This document shows, in pieces, positions 1-10,195 of a stretch of DNA of 64,000 nt. A program made the position numbers and the translations under genes. A model generated the notes under the pieces. It saw nothing but the letters and a program-made list of their open reading frames with translations, was not told where the DNA came from and searched no databases. The stretch is from Lachnospiraceae bacterium. Lineage in GTDB: Bacteria > Bacillota > Clostridia > Lachnospirales > Lachnospiraceae. How positions within the stretch are numbered: the stretch's first letter is position 1; the number at the start of each line of letters is the position of its first letter. The stretch covers positions 5,049 to 69,048 of the forward strand of contig JBGVKZ010000009.1 of assembly GCA_045124055.1 (NCBI GenBank), written 5' to 3'.

Positions 1-103
1 CACAGGAAATCACGCCCACTAATAGAATTACACTGAAAACTAAGAAGCGAATACTCCTTAATTTTGTTAGAATTTTTTTTATTTTTTTTAACTGTAATAA
101 CAT
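1..103 (-). CDS. sensor histidine kinase, N-terminal fragment running off the left edge (tentative)
   Basis: ATG (reverse complement of 101-103) lies 11 nt downstream of the response-regulator stop. It reads MLLQLKKIKKILTKLRSIRFLVFSVILLVGVISC..., a basic stretch followed by a TM helix, and stays open to position 1. The order fits the usual RR-HK arrangement. It is absent from the ORF track because it is under 60 aa in-window. Confidence 0.4.
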   Translation of the reverse strand, partial: MLLQLKKIKKILTKLRSIRFLVFSVILLVGVISC

Positions 104-114
104 ACTTTAAAAGC

Positions 115-804
115 CTATCCTTTGAAAAAATAACCAAGTCCCCATTTTGTCTGCACATACTTTGGTTCACTAGGATTACTTTCAATTTTTTCACGCAATC
201 TTCGAATATGTACGTCCACAGTTCTTACATCGCCCGGATAATCTTCGCCCCAAACAATTTTCAAAAGGTTGTCACGGCTATATACTTTTCCAGGATTCAA
301 AATGAGTAACTCTAACACTTCAAACTCTTTGGTTGTTAAATTCACTTCTGTATTCTGAATAAATACACGGCGACTTTCTCTATCTAATCGCATATCGCTG
401 ACAGAGATTACATTTTCGTCCTTTTTCATCTCTGTTTTCGCATTGGTACGACGCATAATTGCCTTAATTCTGGCTTTTACTTCTAAAATATTAAATGGTT
501 TTGTAATATAATCATCTGCACCATATTCCAACCCTAGAATTTTATCCATATCTTCACTTTTTGCTGTCAACATAATGATAGGAACGTTAGAAAACTCCCT
601 AATTTGCTGACATACTTCCAAACCTGTAAGTTTTGGAAGCATAACATCTAACAAAATAAGGTCATACTCTTTTTCTTTTGCCAAATTCAGTGCTTCTTCA
701 CCATCATAAGCACAATCTACTTCCATATCATCTTGTTCTAAGCTAAAACGAATTCCTTTGACAATTAATTTTTCATCATCTACTACTAAAATTTTCTTTC
801 CCAT
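115..804 (-). CDS. OmpR/PhoB-family two-component response regulator
   Basis: Receiver motifs are present (ILVVDDE, LILLDVMLP, TAKS, KPF). C-terminal winged-helix region: LTTKEFEVLELL...VDVHIRRLREKIE...TKWGLGY. Confidence 0.92.
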   Translation of the reverse strand: MGKKILVVDDEKLIVKGIRFSLEQDDMEVDCAYDGEEALNLAKEKEYDLILLDVMLPKLTGLEVCQQIREFSNVPIIMLTAKSEDMDKILGLEYGADDYITKPFNILEVKARIKAIMRRTNAKTEMKKDENVISVSDMRLDRESRRVFIQNTEVNLTTKEFEVLELLILNPGKVYSRDNLLKIVWGEDYPGDVRTVDVHIRRLREKIESNPSEPKYVQTKWGLGYFFKG

Positions 805-821
805 GAAAACTCCCTTAATGT

Positions 822-1391
822 TTAAAAAGCCGTAATATACGGTGCAATTTTCTCAAATGTTCCCTCTTTAATACCACTGACATTCATAATGTCTTCTATG
901 GAAGTAAACCTTCCATATGTTTCTCTATATTTTATAATCTGTTCTGCCCTAGTTTCTCCGATACCCGGAATGGTGCAAAGAACCTCCTTGGTAGCACTAT
1001 TGATATCAATAAGTCCCGAAGAATCTTCCGTGTCCTTTTCATAGACCGATGGAATATAAATCTGTTCACCATCCGATACTTCCCTTGCCTGATTGACTTT
1101 GTTCATGTCCGCCTCTTTGGTAAAGCCACCTGCTGCCTTTACTACCTCATAAATTCTGCTGCCACTATATACCGTATAGACCCCTGGAAAATATACTTCT
1201 CCACAAATATGCACCTTAATAACTTCTAAAGTATCCTCTTGCATATTTTCTTTTTCAGAAATAGTCTCCCCGGAAGCCTTTTCACCAGTGCCACTTTCTA
1301 AAACTATAGCCGATTGCAAGGTGTCTTCTGTGCAGCCAGTCAGCAAAAAAAGTGCAAAACTTATCATAATAATACTGATTCTTTTTTTCAT
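822..1391 (-). CDS. comEA: ComEA-like DNA-binding lipoprotein (SLBB plus helix-hairpin-helix)
   Basis: Lipobox signal peptide (FLLTGC). SLBB-like VHICGEVYFPGVY..GSRIYEVVKAAGG. C-terminal HhH region: IDINSATKEVLCTIPGIGETRAEQIIKYR...FTSIEDIMNVSGI. Confidence 0.8.
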   Translation of the reverse strand: MKKRISIIMISFALFLLTGCTEDTLQSAIVLESGTGEKASGETISEKENMQEDTLEVIKVHICGEVYFPGVYTVYSGSRIYEVVKAAGGFTKEADMNKVNQAREVSDGEQIYIPSVYEKDTEDSSGLIDINSATKEVLCTIPGIGETRAEQIIKYRETYGRFTSIEDIMNVSGIKEGTFEKIAPYITAF

Positions 1392-1485
1392 TCGCGTAGT
1401 TCCTTTCCATACGGATTAGGAAGCCCCTCTACGCAGATTACACTTATTTTATGCCAAAGAAACCAAAAAAACAAGTTCCTTTCTA

Positions 1486-1917
1486 TTATTTCCACTTAAA
1501 AACAATAATCCCCGCGATTGCAATCAGCATACCGATTGCTTTACGCCACTCAAAAGGCTGTTTTTCCACACCAAATACCCCAAATAATTCTATCAAATAC
1601 GAAGTAAGAAGCTGTGCAATGACAATAAACATTACTGCTCTTGCAGGTCCTAATGCATCGGTACTTTTTATAACTGTATATGTGATAACTGCACCGATTA
1701 CACCCCCTAAAAGCATATATTTGGGCTCAACTTTTAATAGTCCCGAAAAGCTCCCTCTATCCGAAAATGCCCAGATTAAAAAACACACGAACATAGCACT
1801 GGCCTGCACAAATACATTGGTCACCCAAAGACCAGATTGTTTCGTGACTTCCGTATTAAAAACTCCTTGAACACTCATACAAATACCTGAAAGAATGGCA
1901 ATAAAAAAACCAACCAT
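1486..1917 (-). CDS. small DMT-superfamily membrane protein (YdcZ/DUF606-like)
   Basis: 143 aa with about 5 TM helices. The N-terminus (FFIAILSGICMSVQGVFNTEV) resembles YdcZ-type proteins. The fully overlapping plus-strand ORF 1451-1870 has no family resemblance. Confidence 0.75.
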   Translation of the reverse strand: MVGFFIAILSGICMSVQGVFNTEVTKQSGLWVTNVFVQASAMFVCFLIWAFSDRGSFSGLLKVEPKYMLLGGVIGAVITYTVIKSTDALGPARAVMFIVIAQLLTSYLIELFGVFGVEKQPFEWRKAIGMLIAIAGIIVFKWK

Positions 1918-1985
1918 AAGAATCCTCCATACAACTTTTCTCTAATGTATTCATACCCTTATAGTTGGTTATTTATTCTATTTTT

Positions 1986-3461
1986 TTAATTTTCCGAAGT
2001 AGTATCTTCGTCTTCAGAAATGATTTCTCCATCTGTATATTCCGGATCCACTTCTTCTTCCATTTCAATATATTCTTCTGTATATGCTGCCCCTGTGACC
2101 TGAGTCATTATTTGTTCTGACAAGCTTTTTACAGAGCTGTTGATATTTGAGCCATTCCATATATCTGTCATAGCAATTTCGAGCTGCATCCAGAAATTGC
2201 TGACTTCTACCATCTTCGGCATTGGAATAGACTGTTCATAAGCTTTTGCAAAAACACTAAAGCTGGAGCCTTCCGTATAATCCATTCTATGAGCAGCCAA
2301 TTTACCCGTTCTTTCATACAAATCTTTCGTAAAGTCACAAGTCAAAAACTTGGCAAATTCATTGGCTTCTTCAATGTGCTCACTATACCCATTGATGACA
2401 ACACTACTGGTCATAGATAAAGCTCTACCCTGCAACTCCTGACTGGGATTCGGAACCACTGCAAAGCCATAGTCATATTCGAAGTAATTTCCTTCTTCAT
2501 CTGGCATTTTCGCCATTTCCAAAGTCTTCAAAATATCTGAGGTCACTACCGTATAGACAATCTTTCCGTCTAAGAAATCCTGCACAACATCTTGATAGCT
2601 TACCGCACTGGCATCAATATAAAAGAATTCGTTCAAATCCTGAAAAGTCTGTAAACATTGCATTGCTTCGAGATTATAAATATCAATATTTTCCGAATTA
2701 TCACCGGTATCTCCGCCTACAACCATATGCTTACCGATAAAGAAGTAGTTGTAAAATACGTCTGCCACGTCCCATTTAAAAATCGCTTCAACCTGCTGTG
2801 GTGCATCATATTCGTTACCGAAAGTCAAAATGTCGTCCATTGTGCTTGGAAGCATTTCTTCTACTCTTTTTAACACTTCTTCTGAATAATCTTCTGTAAC
2901 CGTTTCATTTTCTTCAGCGGTCTCAGCCAATTCTTCCTCTATCTGTTTTTGAGCATGCTCTGACAAATAGGTTTGATTATATAAAAGAACACTGGTTTCA
3001 TAATAGAATGGATATGCCACAATTTTATTATGATAAGTTACCGCATCTAAAGCTACCTGTGGAAAGGAGTCCGTAGTACATACATTGTCATAATCTTTTA
3101 CCTGCGTTGCAAGTCCTGATAGATACGCCTTTTCCAAGGAATCATGACTTAACAAATACACATCCGGCACGGCTTCCCCTGTTAAAGAGGCCTCATTTAT
3201 CGCCTCAAGATAATCATTTGCTGAGGCTAGAACCGGAACTACGCGGATATCTTCCTTCGTTTCATTGAAAGCAACGGCCGCACTGTTTATATAATCCGTA
3301 AGGGTTTCGTCTGTATACCAAAAATATACAGATTCTTTATGTCTAAAGATAGATTCTGCCGTGGAATCACTAATCATCATTCCACTTTTTCCTACATACA
3401 TAGCCCCTAAGCCCATTACAGCCACAAGGGCGATTGATAATAGTCTTTTTCTAAGACCCAT
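1986..3461 (-). CDS. extracellular solute-binding protein (family 1, MalE-like), membrane-anchored, acidic C-terminal tail
   Basis: N-terminal hydrophobic anchor. SBP-1-like blocks are present (PDVYLLSHDSL, IVAYPFYYETSVLLYN, NFWMQLEIAMTDIWNG). The start lies 10 nt after the argD stop. Confidence 0.8.
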   Translation of the reverse strand: MGLRKRLLSIALVAVMGLGAMYVGKSGMMISDSTAESIFRHKESVYFWYTDETLTDYINSAAVAFNETKEDIRVVPVLASANDYLEAINEASLTGEAVPDVYLLSHDSLEKAYLSGLATQVKDYDNVCTTDSFPQVALDAVTYHNKIVAYPFYYETSVLLYNQTYLSEHAQKQIEEELAETAEENETVTEDYSEEVLKRVEEMLPSTMDDILTFGNEYDAPQQVEAIFKWDVADVFYNYFFIGKHMVVGGDTGDNSENIDIYNLEAMQCLQTFQDLNEFFYIDASAVSYQDVVQDFLDGKIVYTVVTSDILKTLEMAKMPDEEGNYFEYDYGFAVVPNPSQELQGRALSMTSSVVINGYSEHIEEANEFAKFLTCDFTKDLYERTGKLAAHRMDYTEGSSFSVFAKAYEQSIPMPKMVEVSNFWMQLEIAMTDIWNGSNINSSVKSLSEQIMTQVTGAAYTEEYIEMEEEVDPEYTDGEIISEDEDTTSEN

Positions 3462-3471
3462 AAATTTTCTC

Positions 3472-4668
3472 CTATATCGTCTCTTTGATTGCTTCGTCTA
3501 AAAGAACAATCATATCATCAATATCTTTCTTCGTAATAATAAGGGAAGGGAGAAAACGGATAATATTCGTTCCTGCATTAATTAATAATAACCCTTTTTC
3601 GATAGCTTTATTAATAATTGCTCCAACCGGTTTATCAAATACTAAGCCTTGCATAAGACCGGCACCCCTTCTTGTTAAAATACAATCATATTTTACCATA
3701 ATTTCATCTAATTTTTCTTCAAAATATGGTGTGATTTCTCTTACATTTTCTATTATATTGGACTCGTCAAATAAATCAAGAACTTTGTTGATGGCACATG
3801 TTGCCAATGGGTTACCGCCATAGGTCGTTCCATGGTCTCCGCTGGTTAAGGATTTTTCTGCCACTTTTTCTGTCATCATAAATGCACCAACTGGCACACC
3901 ACAACCTAAAGCCTTTGCACTGGTCATAATATCTGGCTTTACACCATATTTCTGCCAAGCAAACATATAGCCCGTTCTACCCATACCACACTGAATTTCG
4001 TCTAAAATAAGTAAAATATCCTTTTTGTCACAAATTTCTTTTACGCCTTTAATAAATTCTTCTGTGGCTGGATAAATACCACCTTCGCCCTGCACAGTTT
4101 CAAACATAATGGCACAAGTCTTGTCATTTACTAATGCTTTTACGCTTTCCAAATCATTCATTTTGGCAAAACGAACGTTGCCAATCATTGGTTTAAAAGC
4201 TTCCTGATATTTTGGATTACCGGTTACCGACAAAGCTCCCATTGTTCTACCATGGAAAGAATGCTCCATCGCAATAATTTCGTGATCTGTATTGCCATCT
4301 TTGGTATACGCATATTTTCTAGCTGCTTTAATCGCACCTTCTACAGCTTCTGCACCACTGTTGGTAAAAAATACCCTGTCCATTCCCGATACTTTTTTCA
4401 GTTTCTTAGCAGCTTCGATGGCAGGAACATTGTAATAGTAGTTGGAAGTATGAATCAACTTGTCAATCTGTTCCTTTAACGCATCATTATACGCTTTATT
4501 TCCATATCCAAGGGCAAAAACTGCAATACCCGAAACAAAATCCAAATACTCTTTTCCCTGAATATCATATAAATGAACACCGTCACCTTTATCTAATACA
4601 ATCTGAAAACGATTGTAAGTGTGAAGCAGGTCTTTTTCTGCTTCGTCGATATATTCTTTCATCATCAT
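3472..4668 (-). CDS. argD: acetylornithine aminotransferase
   Basis: Class-III aminotransferase motifs are present (NSGAEAVEGAIK, LLILDEIQCGMGRTG, TSAKALG with the PLP lysine). It sits in the arg cluster. Confidence 0.92.
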   Translation of the reverse strand: MMMKEYIDEAEKDLLHTYNRFQIVLDKGDGVHLYDIQGKEYLDFVSGIAVFALGYGNKAYNDALKEQIDKLIHTSNYYYNVPAIEAAKKLKKVSGMDRVFFTNSGAEAVEGAIKAARKYAYTKDGNTDHEIIAMEHSFHGRTMGALSVTGNPKYQEAFKPMIGNVRFAKMNDLESVKALVNDKTCAIMFETVQGEGGIYPATEEFIKGVKEICDKKDILLILDEIQCGMGRTGYMFAWQKYGVKPDIMTSAKALGCGVPVGAFMMTEKVAEKSLTSGDHGTTYGGNPLATCAINKVLDLFDESNIIENVREITPYFEEKLDEIMVKYDCILTRRGAGLMQGLVFDKPVGAIINKAIEKGLLLINAGTNIIRFLPSLIITKKDIDDMIVLLDEAIKETI

Positions 4669-4673
4669 TCTAT

Positions 4674-5555
4674 TTATTCCTCATCTTTCACAATGGCTGT
4701 GCCAATTCCTTCGTTTGTAAAAATTTCAAGCAACAGACAATGTGGAATTCTTCCGTCTAAAATATGTACTTTGTTTACGCCTTCCTTTACCGCATCGGTG
4801 CAGTTATTTAGTTTTGGAAGCATACCGCCCCCAATACATCCACTATGAATCAGTTCTTCCGCCTGGGATGCTGTAATTCTGGAAATGAAGGAATCTTTGT
4901 CATTGATATCCTTATATAATCCTTCAATGTCTGTTAAAAAAGCAAGCTTTTCCGCACCAACAGCCTTTGCAATGGCACAGGCTGCATCATCTGCATTAAT
5001 ATTGTAGGTATTAAAATCATCGTCAAAACCGATTGGTGCAACGATTGGAAGGAAGTCTTTTTCCAACAAATCAAATAATATTTTTGCATTCACATCTTTA
5101 ATATCACCTACAAAACCGATATCTTTGCCATCTGCATATTTTTTATCAACATGAAGCATTTTTCCGTCTTTTCCACTGATACCTGCGGCACTTACGCCCA
5201 ATTCCTCTACCATAGCTACAAGACTTTTATTAACACGGTTTAAAACCATCTCTGCAATTTCCATTGTTTCTTCATCAGTGACACGAAGGCCATTCACAAA
5301 TTCCGGTTCTTTTCCCACTTTAGAAATCCAGCGGCTGATTTCCTTACCACCGCCATGAACAATAATTGGCTTAAAACCTACCAATTTAAGAAGGGTAACA
5401 TCCTTAATCACATTTCTTTGTAATTCAGGGTTTGTCATAGCACTTCCGCCGTATTTTACAACAATAATCCTACGGTTAAAGTTCTGAATATAAGGCAATG
5501 CCTCAATTAAAACCTCTGCTTTTTTTAACAATTCATTCATATCTCTTTCTTTCAT
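4674..5555 (-). CDS. argB: acetylglutamate kinase
   Basis: Amino-acid kinase fold ([26 protein letters not shown]). An AGGAGA RBS lies 5 nt upstream of the ATG. Confidence 0.93.
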   Translation of the reverse strand: MKERDMNELLKKAEVLIEALPYIQNFNRRIIVVKYGGSAMTNPELQRNVIKDVTLLKLVGFKPIIVHGGGKEISRWISKVGKEPEFVNGLRVTDEETMEIAEMVLNRVNKSLVAMVEELGVSAAGISGKDGKMLHVDKKYADGKDIGFVGDIKDVNAKILFDLLEKDFLPIVAPIGFDDDFNTYNINADDAACAIAKAVGAEKLAFLTDIEGLYKDINDKDSFISRITASQAEELIHSGCIGGGMLPKLNNCTDAVKEGVNKVHILDGRIPHCLLLEIFTNEGIGTAIVKDEE

Positions 5556-5571
5556 GATATTCTCCTATCTT

Positions 5572-6798
5572 TTATGAACGGTAATCTGCGTTAATTTTTA
5601 CATAGTCATAAGTCAAGTCACAACCCCAAGCTGCCGCTTCATATTCGCCATCTTTCATATCTACAAGTACCGTAACCTCTGGCTCTGATAAAATCTTTGT
5701 AGCTTCTTCTTCGCTATAATCAGTTGCCACACCATCTTTATAAATCTGAATTTTGCCGGCTTTACTTTCAAAAAACAGCTCGATTTTTTCCGGGTCAAAT
5801 TTTGCACCAGAGTAACCAAGAGCACACAAAATTCTTCCCCAGTTTGCATCGTGCCCATAAATTGCGGCTTTTGTCAAAGAAGAACAAATGACAGATTTGC
5901 TTAAAATACGTGCATCTTCTTTAGATTTTGCGTGAATAACTTTGGTTTCAAAAAGTGCAGTTGCACCTTCTCCGTCTGACGCCATTTTCTTTGCCAACGT
6001 TGTATTTACATAGTTTAATGCTTCTTTAAATTTTTCGTAATCTTCATTTTCTTCTGTTATCATTTCATTGCCTGCCATACCATTTGCAAGAATGACTAAG
6101 GTATCGTTTGTGGAAGTATCTCCATCTACGGAAACCATATTGAAAGTATCTACTACATTTTCAGACAAAGCTTTCTGTAATAATTCCTTGGAAATCGCCA
6201 AGTCCGTAGTAACAAAACCAAGCATGGTACACATATTGGGATGAATCATTCCAGAACCCTTACACATACCACCCATAATTACTTCTTTACCGCCTACAGT
6301 AAATTTTACCGCTACCTGTTTTGATACTGTATCAGTTGTCATAATGGCTTCAGCCGCCCTTGTACCAGCTTCTATGGTATCTTCCAGGCTTTCAGACAGC
6401 ATTTTGATACCTTTTGCAATTCTATCCATAGGAAGCTGTTTTCCTATGACACCTGTACTTGCCACAAGTACGCTGGATTTTGGGATATCCAGACATTCTG
6501 CCACACACTGGGCACTCTGGTTACAATATTCATAGCCTTCATTTCCTGTGCAGGCGTTGGCAATTCCTGAATTTACCACAACAGCCTGTGCATATGGCGA
6601 ATCGCTTACTACTGCCTTGTCCCAACGAACCGGAGCAGCTTTTACAATATTACTGGTAAAAACCCCTGCCTGTGTGCAAGGTTTTTCACTATAAATCATC
6701 GCCATATCGGTTCTATTTTTATATTTAATCTCTGCTGCCACACTGGCTGCTTTAAATCCCTTCGGTGCGGTTACGCCGCCTTCTTTTAAAATTTCCAT
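5572..6798 (-). CDS. argJ: bifunctional ornithine acetyltransferase / N-acetylglutamate synthase
   Basis: ArgJ family: the autoproteolytic site context ...MLGFVTTD (T after the cleavage site), and the C-terminal YVKINADYRS. The start is moved to the ATG at 6798, which has GGAGGA 7 nt upstream. The track ORF extends to 6813. Confidence 0.92.
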   Translation of the reverse strand: MEILKEGGVTAPKGFKAASVAAEIKYKNRTDMAMIYSEKPCTQAGVFTSNIVKAAPVRWDKAVVSDSPYAQAVVVNSGIANACTGNEGYEYCNQSAQCVAECLDIPKSSVLVASTGVIGKQLPMDRIAKGIKMLSESLEDTIEAGTRAAEAIMTTDTVSKQVAVKFTVGGKEVIMGGMCKGSGMIHPNMCTMLGFVTTDLAISKELLQKALSENVVDTFNMVSVDGDTSTNDTLVILANGMAGNEMITEENEDYEKFKEALNYVNTTLAKKMASDGEGATALFETKVIHAKSKEDARILSKSVICSSLTKAAIYGHDANWGRILCALGYSGAKFDPEKIELFFESKAGKIQIYKDGVATDYSEEEATKILSEPEVTVLVDMKDGEYEAAAWGCDLTYDYVKINADYRS

Positions 6799-6830
6799 TA
6801 TTTCTTCCTCCATTTTGAAGCATTTGCCTA

Positions 6831-7274
6831 TTACTGATTGAAAGCAGTAATATTTTCTTCATTTAAAGTAAAATCGTAATAGTTCAAATCTTCACGTTTT
6901 GTCCAGCCTATTTCTTTCCAAAAAGCATTTCCTATGTCATTTTGCGTAAAAGCTATGAGACTGACTTTGTTGATTTTTTCATCTTTTAATCGTTCCATAC
7001 AGTGTACCACCATACTTCTACCGATTCCGTGCATTCGATAGCCTTCTCTTACACACACGTGATATAGGCAACCACGTCTGCCATCGTGACCACATAAAAT
7101 ACAGCCTACGATTTTTCCATTGTCTTCTGCTACTACGCTAAGTCCCGGATTCCGACTTAAAAAACGCTCTACGCCCTCTTTGGAATCGTCTACACTTCGG
7201 ATACCAAATCCTTTAATAGTCATCCAAAGTTCGTGCACGCCCTCATAATCCTCTATTTTCATTTCTCGTATCAT
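6831..7274 (-). CDS. GNAT-family N-acetyltransferase embedded in the arg cluster
   Basis: 147 aa with the acetyl-CoA-binding motif HVCVREGYRMHGIGRSMV (Q/RxxGxG/A type). It lies between argC and argJ with intergenic gaps of 14 and 17 nt. Confidence 0.85.
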   Translation of the reverse strand: MIREMKIEDYEGVHELWMTIKGFGIRSVDDSKEGVERFLSRNPGLSVVAEDNGKIVGCILCGHDGRRGCLYHVCVREGYRMHGIGRSMVVHCMERLKDEKINKVSLIAFTQNDIGNAFWKEIGWTKREDLNYYDFTLNEENITAFNQ

Positions 7275-7288
7275 TCTATCAACTCTTT

Positions 7289-8236
7289 CTATAAAGCTAA
7301 TCCCTTATCTTCTTCACAACCTAATAAAATGTTAAGACATTGTACAGCAGCTCCTGATGCTCCTTTTCCCAGATTATCAAACTGTGCGGAAATAACCATT
7401 CTTTCTTCATTTCCTGTTATGTAAATTTTCAGTCCATCAAAACCGCTTAAAGTATTTCCGGCAAGCATACCGCCATACAAATCTTCATTTCCATTTTCTA
7501 TCACTTGAATGAATTTTTCACCCTTATAATAGTTGGCAAAATATTCTGTCATTTCTTTTGGTGTCTTATAGCCTTTTAAAAATTCTGTATACACAGGAAA
7601 AGACACCACCATACCACTATAATAATCCGCTACGATTGGAGAAAATAACGGTTCTCTTGTAAGACCTGTAATGGCTTTCATTTCTTTTAAATGTTTGTGC
7701 TGCTGAGTAAGAGCATATTCTCTTGGAGCAAAAGTATCCAAATTTCTATCCTCTGCTTCATATTCTGCAATCATCTTTTTTCCGCCGCCTGAATACCCTG
7801 TTAATGAAAATGCCGCAACTGGATAGTCTTTTGGAAGAATTCCTCCTTTAATCAGTGGATATACTACTGACATAAAACCTGTTGCATGGCAACCAGGCAC
7901 AGCAATTCTTTTGCCATTTTTTATCGCTTCTCTATGTTCTTTTGACAATTCCGGAAAACCGTATGCCCAGCCTGCTTCTGTTCGGTGGGCTGTGGAAGTA
8001 TCAATAATTTTCACATTTTCGTTTTCTACAAGACTTACAGATTCTCTTGCTGCCCCATCCGGCAAACAAAGAAATGTAATGTCTGATTCATTAATCAGTC
8101 TCTTTCTTTCATTGATATCTTTTCTAAGTTCGCTTGAAATAGGAAGAATCTCGATATCATCTCTTCCTTCAAAACGTTCATATATTCTAAGTCCGGTTGT
8201 TCCTTCACTACCATCAATAAAAATCTTTTTTCTCAT
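7289..8236 (-). CDS. argC: N-acetyl-gamma-glutamyl-phosphate reductase
   Basis: IFIDGSEGTTGL NAD-binding N-terminus and the catalytic Cys context (AVPGCHATG). The start is set at the ATG at 8236, with GGAGGA 5 nt upstream. The track ORF extends to 8248. Confidence 0.9.
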   Translation of the reverse strand: MRKKIFIDGSEGTTGLRIYERFEGRDDIEILPISSELRKDINERKRLINESDITFLCLPDGAARESVSLVENENVKIIDTSTAHRTEAGWAYGFPELSKEHREAIKNGKRIAVPGCHATGFMSVVYPLIKGGILPKDYPVAAFSLTGYSGGGKKMIAEYEAEDRNLDTFAPREYALTQQHKHLKEMKAITGLTREPLFSPIVADYYSGMVVSFPVYTEFLKGYKTPKEMTEYFANYYKGEKFIQVIENGNEDLYGGMLAGNTLSGFDGLKIYITGNEERMVISAQFDNLGKGASGAAVQCLNILLGCEEDKGLAL

Positions 8237-8389
8237 AGTTTCCTCCATTCCGAAAACCTTCGCATTCTACATTTCTGCAAATTTTTCCATTCTTTTTATT
8301 ATCGCACTATTTTAACTTACAGGCAAGAACTAATTGTTCTCTTTCATATATTTATGTCCTTGTGTGCATAACTATACGTCATTTTTGTA

Positions 8390-8461
8390 TAATATGCAAG
8401 TATTATTTGTGTTTTATGCATTTTATACAACGTTTTTTGTGAAAATATGCATATTTTTTGC
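8390..8461. promoter_or_regulatory. candidate ArgR/AhrC operator region in the argC-argG divergent intergenic space
   Basis: Three AT-rich boxes share an ATGCA core: aatatgcaagtattatt, ttatgcattttataca and aatatgcatattttttgc. They loosely resemble ARG boxes. The position between divergent arg genes fits autoregulated arg regulons. Confidence 0.3.
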
Positions 8462-8490
8462 TTGCAATCTATTCTATAATGTTGTATATT
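8462..8490 (+). promoter_or_regulatory. candidate sigma-A promoter of argG
   Basis: TTGCAA (8462-8467), a 17-nt spacer, then TATATT (8485-8490). It lies about 70 nt upstream of the argG ATG. Confidence 0.35.
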
Positions 8491-8559
8491 GTTTGAAGAA
8501 CATTGATAAGGGAAGTTTTTCCCGTACCAAATATACATATTTATATGGAGGCTTTTATT

Positions 8560-9780
8560 ATGCAAAAAGAAAAAGTAGTTTTAGCGTACTCAGGCGGTTT
8601 GGATACAACTGCTATTATCCCATGGCTTAAGGAAAACTTCGATTATGAAGTCATCTGTGTTTGTATCGACTGTGGTCAGGGCGAAGAATTAGACGGACTT
8701 GAAGAACGTGCAAAATTCTGTGGTGCTGAAAAATTATACATCGAAGATGTTATTGATGAATTCTGTGACGAATATATCGTACCTTGTGTACAGGGTCACG
8801 CAGTTTATGAAAACAAATATTTACTTGGTACTTCTATGGCAAGACCTGTTATCGCAAAAAGACTTGTTGAAATCGCAAGAAAAGAAGGTGCAACAGCTAT
8901 CTGCCACGGTGCAACAGGTAAAGGTAATGACCAGATTCGTTTTGAATTAGGTATCAAAGCTTTAGCTCCAGACTTAAAAATTATTGCAGCTTGGAGAAAT
9001 GACCTTTGGACTATGAACTCTCGTGAAGAAGAAATCGAATACTGTAAAGCACACGGTATTGATTTACCATTCTCAGCAGATACTTCTTATAGTCGTGACC
9101 GTAACTTATGGCACATTAGCCATGAAGGTCTTGAACTGGAATTACCAGAAAATGAACCAAACTTTGACCACTTACTTGTACTTGGTGTTACACCAGAAAA
9201 AGCACCAGACGAAGGCGAATATGTAACAATGACTTTTGAAAAAGGTGTTCCAAAGTCTGTAAATGGTAAAGAAATGAAAGTTTCTGACATTATCCGTACA
9301 TTAAATGCTCTTGGCGGAAAACATGGTATTGGTATTGTTGATATCGTAGAAAACCGTGTAGTTGGTATGAAATCACGTGGTGTATATGAAACACCAGGCG
9401 GAACCATTCTTTACGAAGCTCATCAGCAGCTTGAAGAATTAATCTTAGATCGTGAAACTTACGAATTAAAACAGGAAATGGGCAACAAATTAGCTCAGAT
9501 TGTATATGAAGGCAAATGGTTTACACCTCGTCGTGAAGCTGTTCAGGCTTTCATTGAATCAACACAGAAATATGTGACAGGTGAAGTTAAATTCAAATTA
9601 TACAAAGGCAATATTATTAAAGCCGGTACAACTTCTCCATACTCACTTTATAATGAAAGCATTGCCTCTTTCACAACAGGTGATTTATATGACCACCACG
9701 ACGCAGAAGGCTTTATTAACTTATTTGGCCTTTCAACAAAAGTTCGTGCAATGAAAATGCAGGAAGTAGAAGGAAAATAA
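8560..9780 (+). CDS. argG: argininosuccinate synthase
   Basis: [15 protein letters not shown]-binding motif and [15 protein letters not shown]. The start is at the ATG at 8560, with GGAG at 8547-8550. The track ORF starts at 8503 inside the promoter region. Confidence 0.94.
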   Translation: MQKEKVVLAYSGGLDTTAIIPWLKENFDYEVICVCIDCGQGEELDGLEERAKFCGAEKLYIEDVIDEFCDEYIVPCVQGHAVYENKYLLGTSMARPVIAKRLVEIARKEGATAICHGATGKGNDQIRFELGIKALAPDLKIIAAWRNDLWTMNSREEEIEYCKAHGIDLPFSADTSYSRDRNLWHISHEGLELELPENEPNFDHLLVLGVTPEKAPDEGEYVTMTFEKGVPKSVNGKEMKVSDIIRTLNALGGKHGIGIVDIVENRVVGMKSRGVYETPGGTILYEAHQQLEELILDRETYELKQEMGNKLAQIVYEGKWFTPRREAVQAFIESTQKYVTGEVKFKLYKGNIIKAGTTSPYSLYNESIASFTTGDLYDHHDAEGFINLFGLSTKVRAMKMQEVEGK

Positions 9781-9785
9781 TTCAA

Positions 9786-10082
9786 ATGATGAACCCAATT
9801 ACATTTTTAATAATTTACTTTATTATTATGAATATTGTTGGATTTGCTCTAATGGGCATCGATAAACGAAAGGCTATCAAGCGAAACTTTCGCATTCCTG
9901 AGGCTACACTATTTATTGTGGCTTTGATTGGAGGTAGCATTGGTTCGATTGTTGGTATGCAAGTTTTCCGTCATAAAACAAGACACTGGTACTTTGTTTT
10001 TGGAATGCCTGCTATTTTGGTAGTACAAATCATTTTATTGATTCTTTTATTGACTGCCCCTATCGAATTTTCTTTCTTGTAA
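9786..10082 (+). CDS. DUF1294-type small membrane protein
   Basis: GIDKRKAIKRNFRIPEATLFIVALIGGSIGSIVGMQVFRHKTRHWYF matches the signature I recall for DUF1294. Confidence 0.8.
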   Translation: MMNPITFLIIYFIIMNIVGFALMGIDKRKAIKRNFRIPEATLFIVALIGGSIGSIVGMQVFRHKTRHWYFVFGMPAILVVQIILLILLLTAPIEFSFL

Positions 10083-10100
10083 AAATATAACGTTTTTTTC

Positions 10101-10137
10101 AATGCACTTGTTCTTGCGAGCAGGTGCATTTTTTTGT
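10101..10137 (+). terminator. rho-independent terminator after argG and the DUF1294 gene
   Basis: aatgcacttg (10101-10110) pairs with caggtgcatt (10121-10130), with one G-U pair, and is followed by a T7 run. Confidence 0.6.
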
Positions 10138-10195
10138 ATACTTGGGGTAAGAGTTTTGTGTAGAAAATTAATTTTCAAGAAAAGGAAGTACTTAT

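Noticed and set aside
1451-1870. 139-aa plus-strand ORF almost completely overlapping the DMT gene
   Set aside because: The minus-strand product has a clear YdcZ/DUF606-like TM pattern. The plus-strand translation has no family resemblance and no RBS. I treat it as an antisense artefact.
8334-8630. ORFs 8334-8630 (+) and 8344-8565 (-) in the argC/argG intergenic region
   Set aside because: Their translations are rich in F, Y, I and C, as expected from AT-rich promoter/operator DNA. They overlap the argG RBS and real start at 8560.
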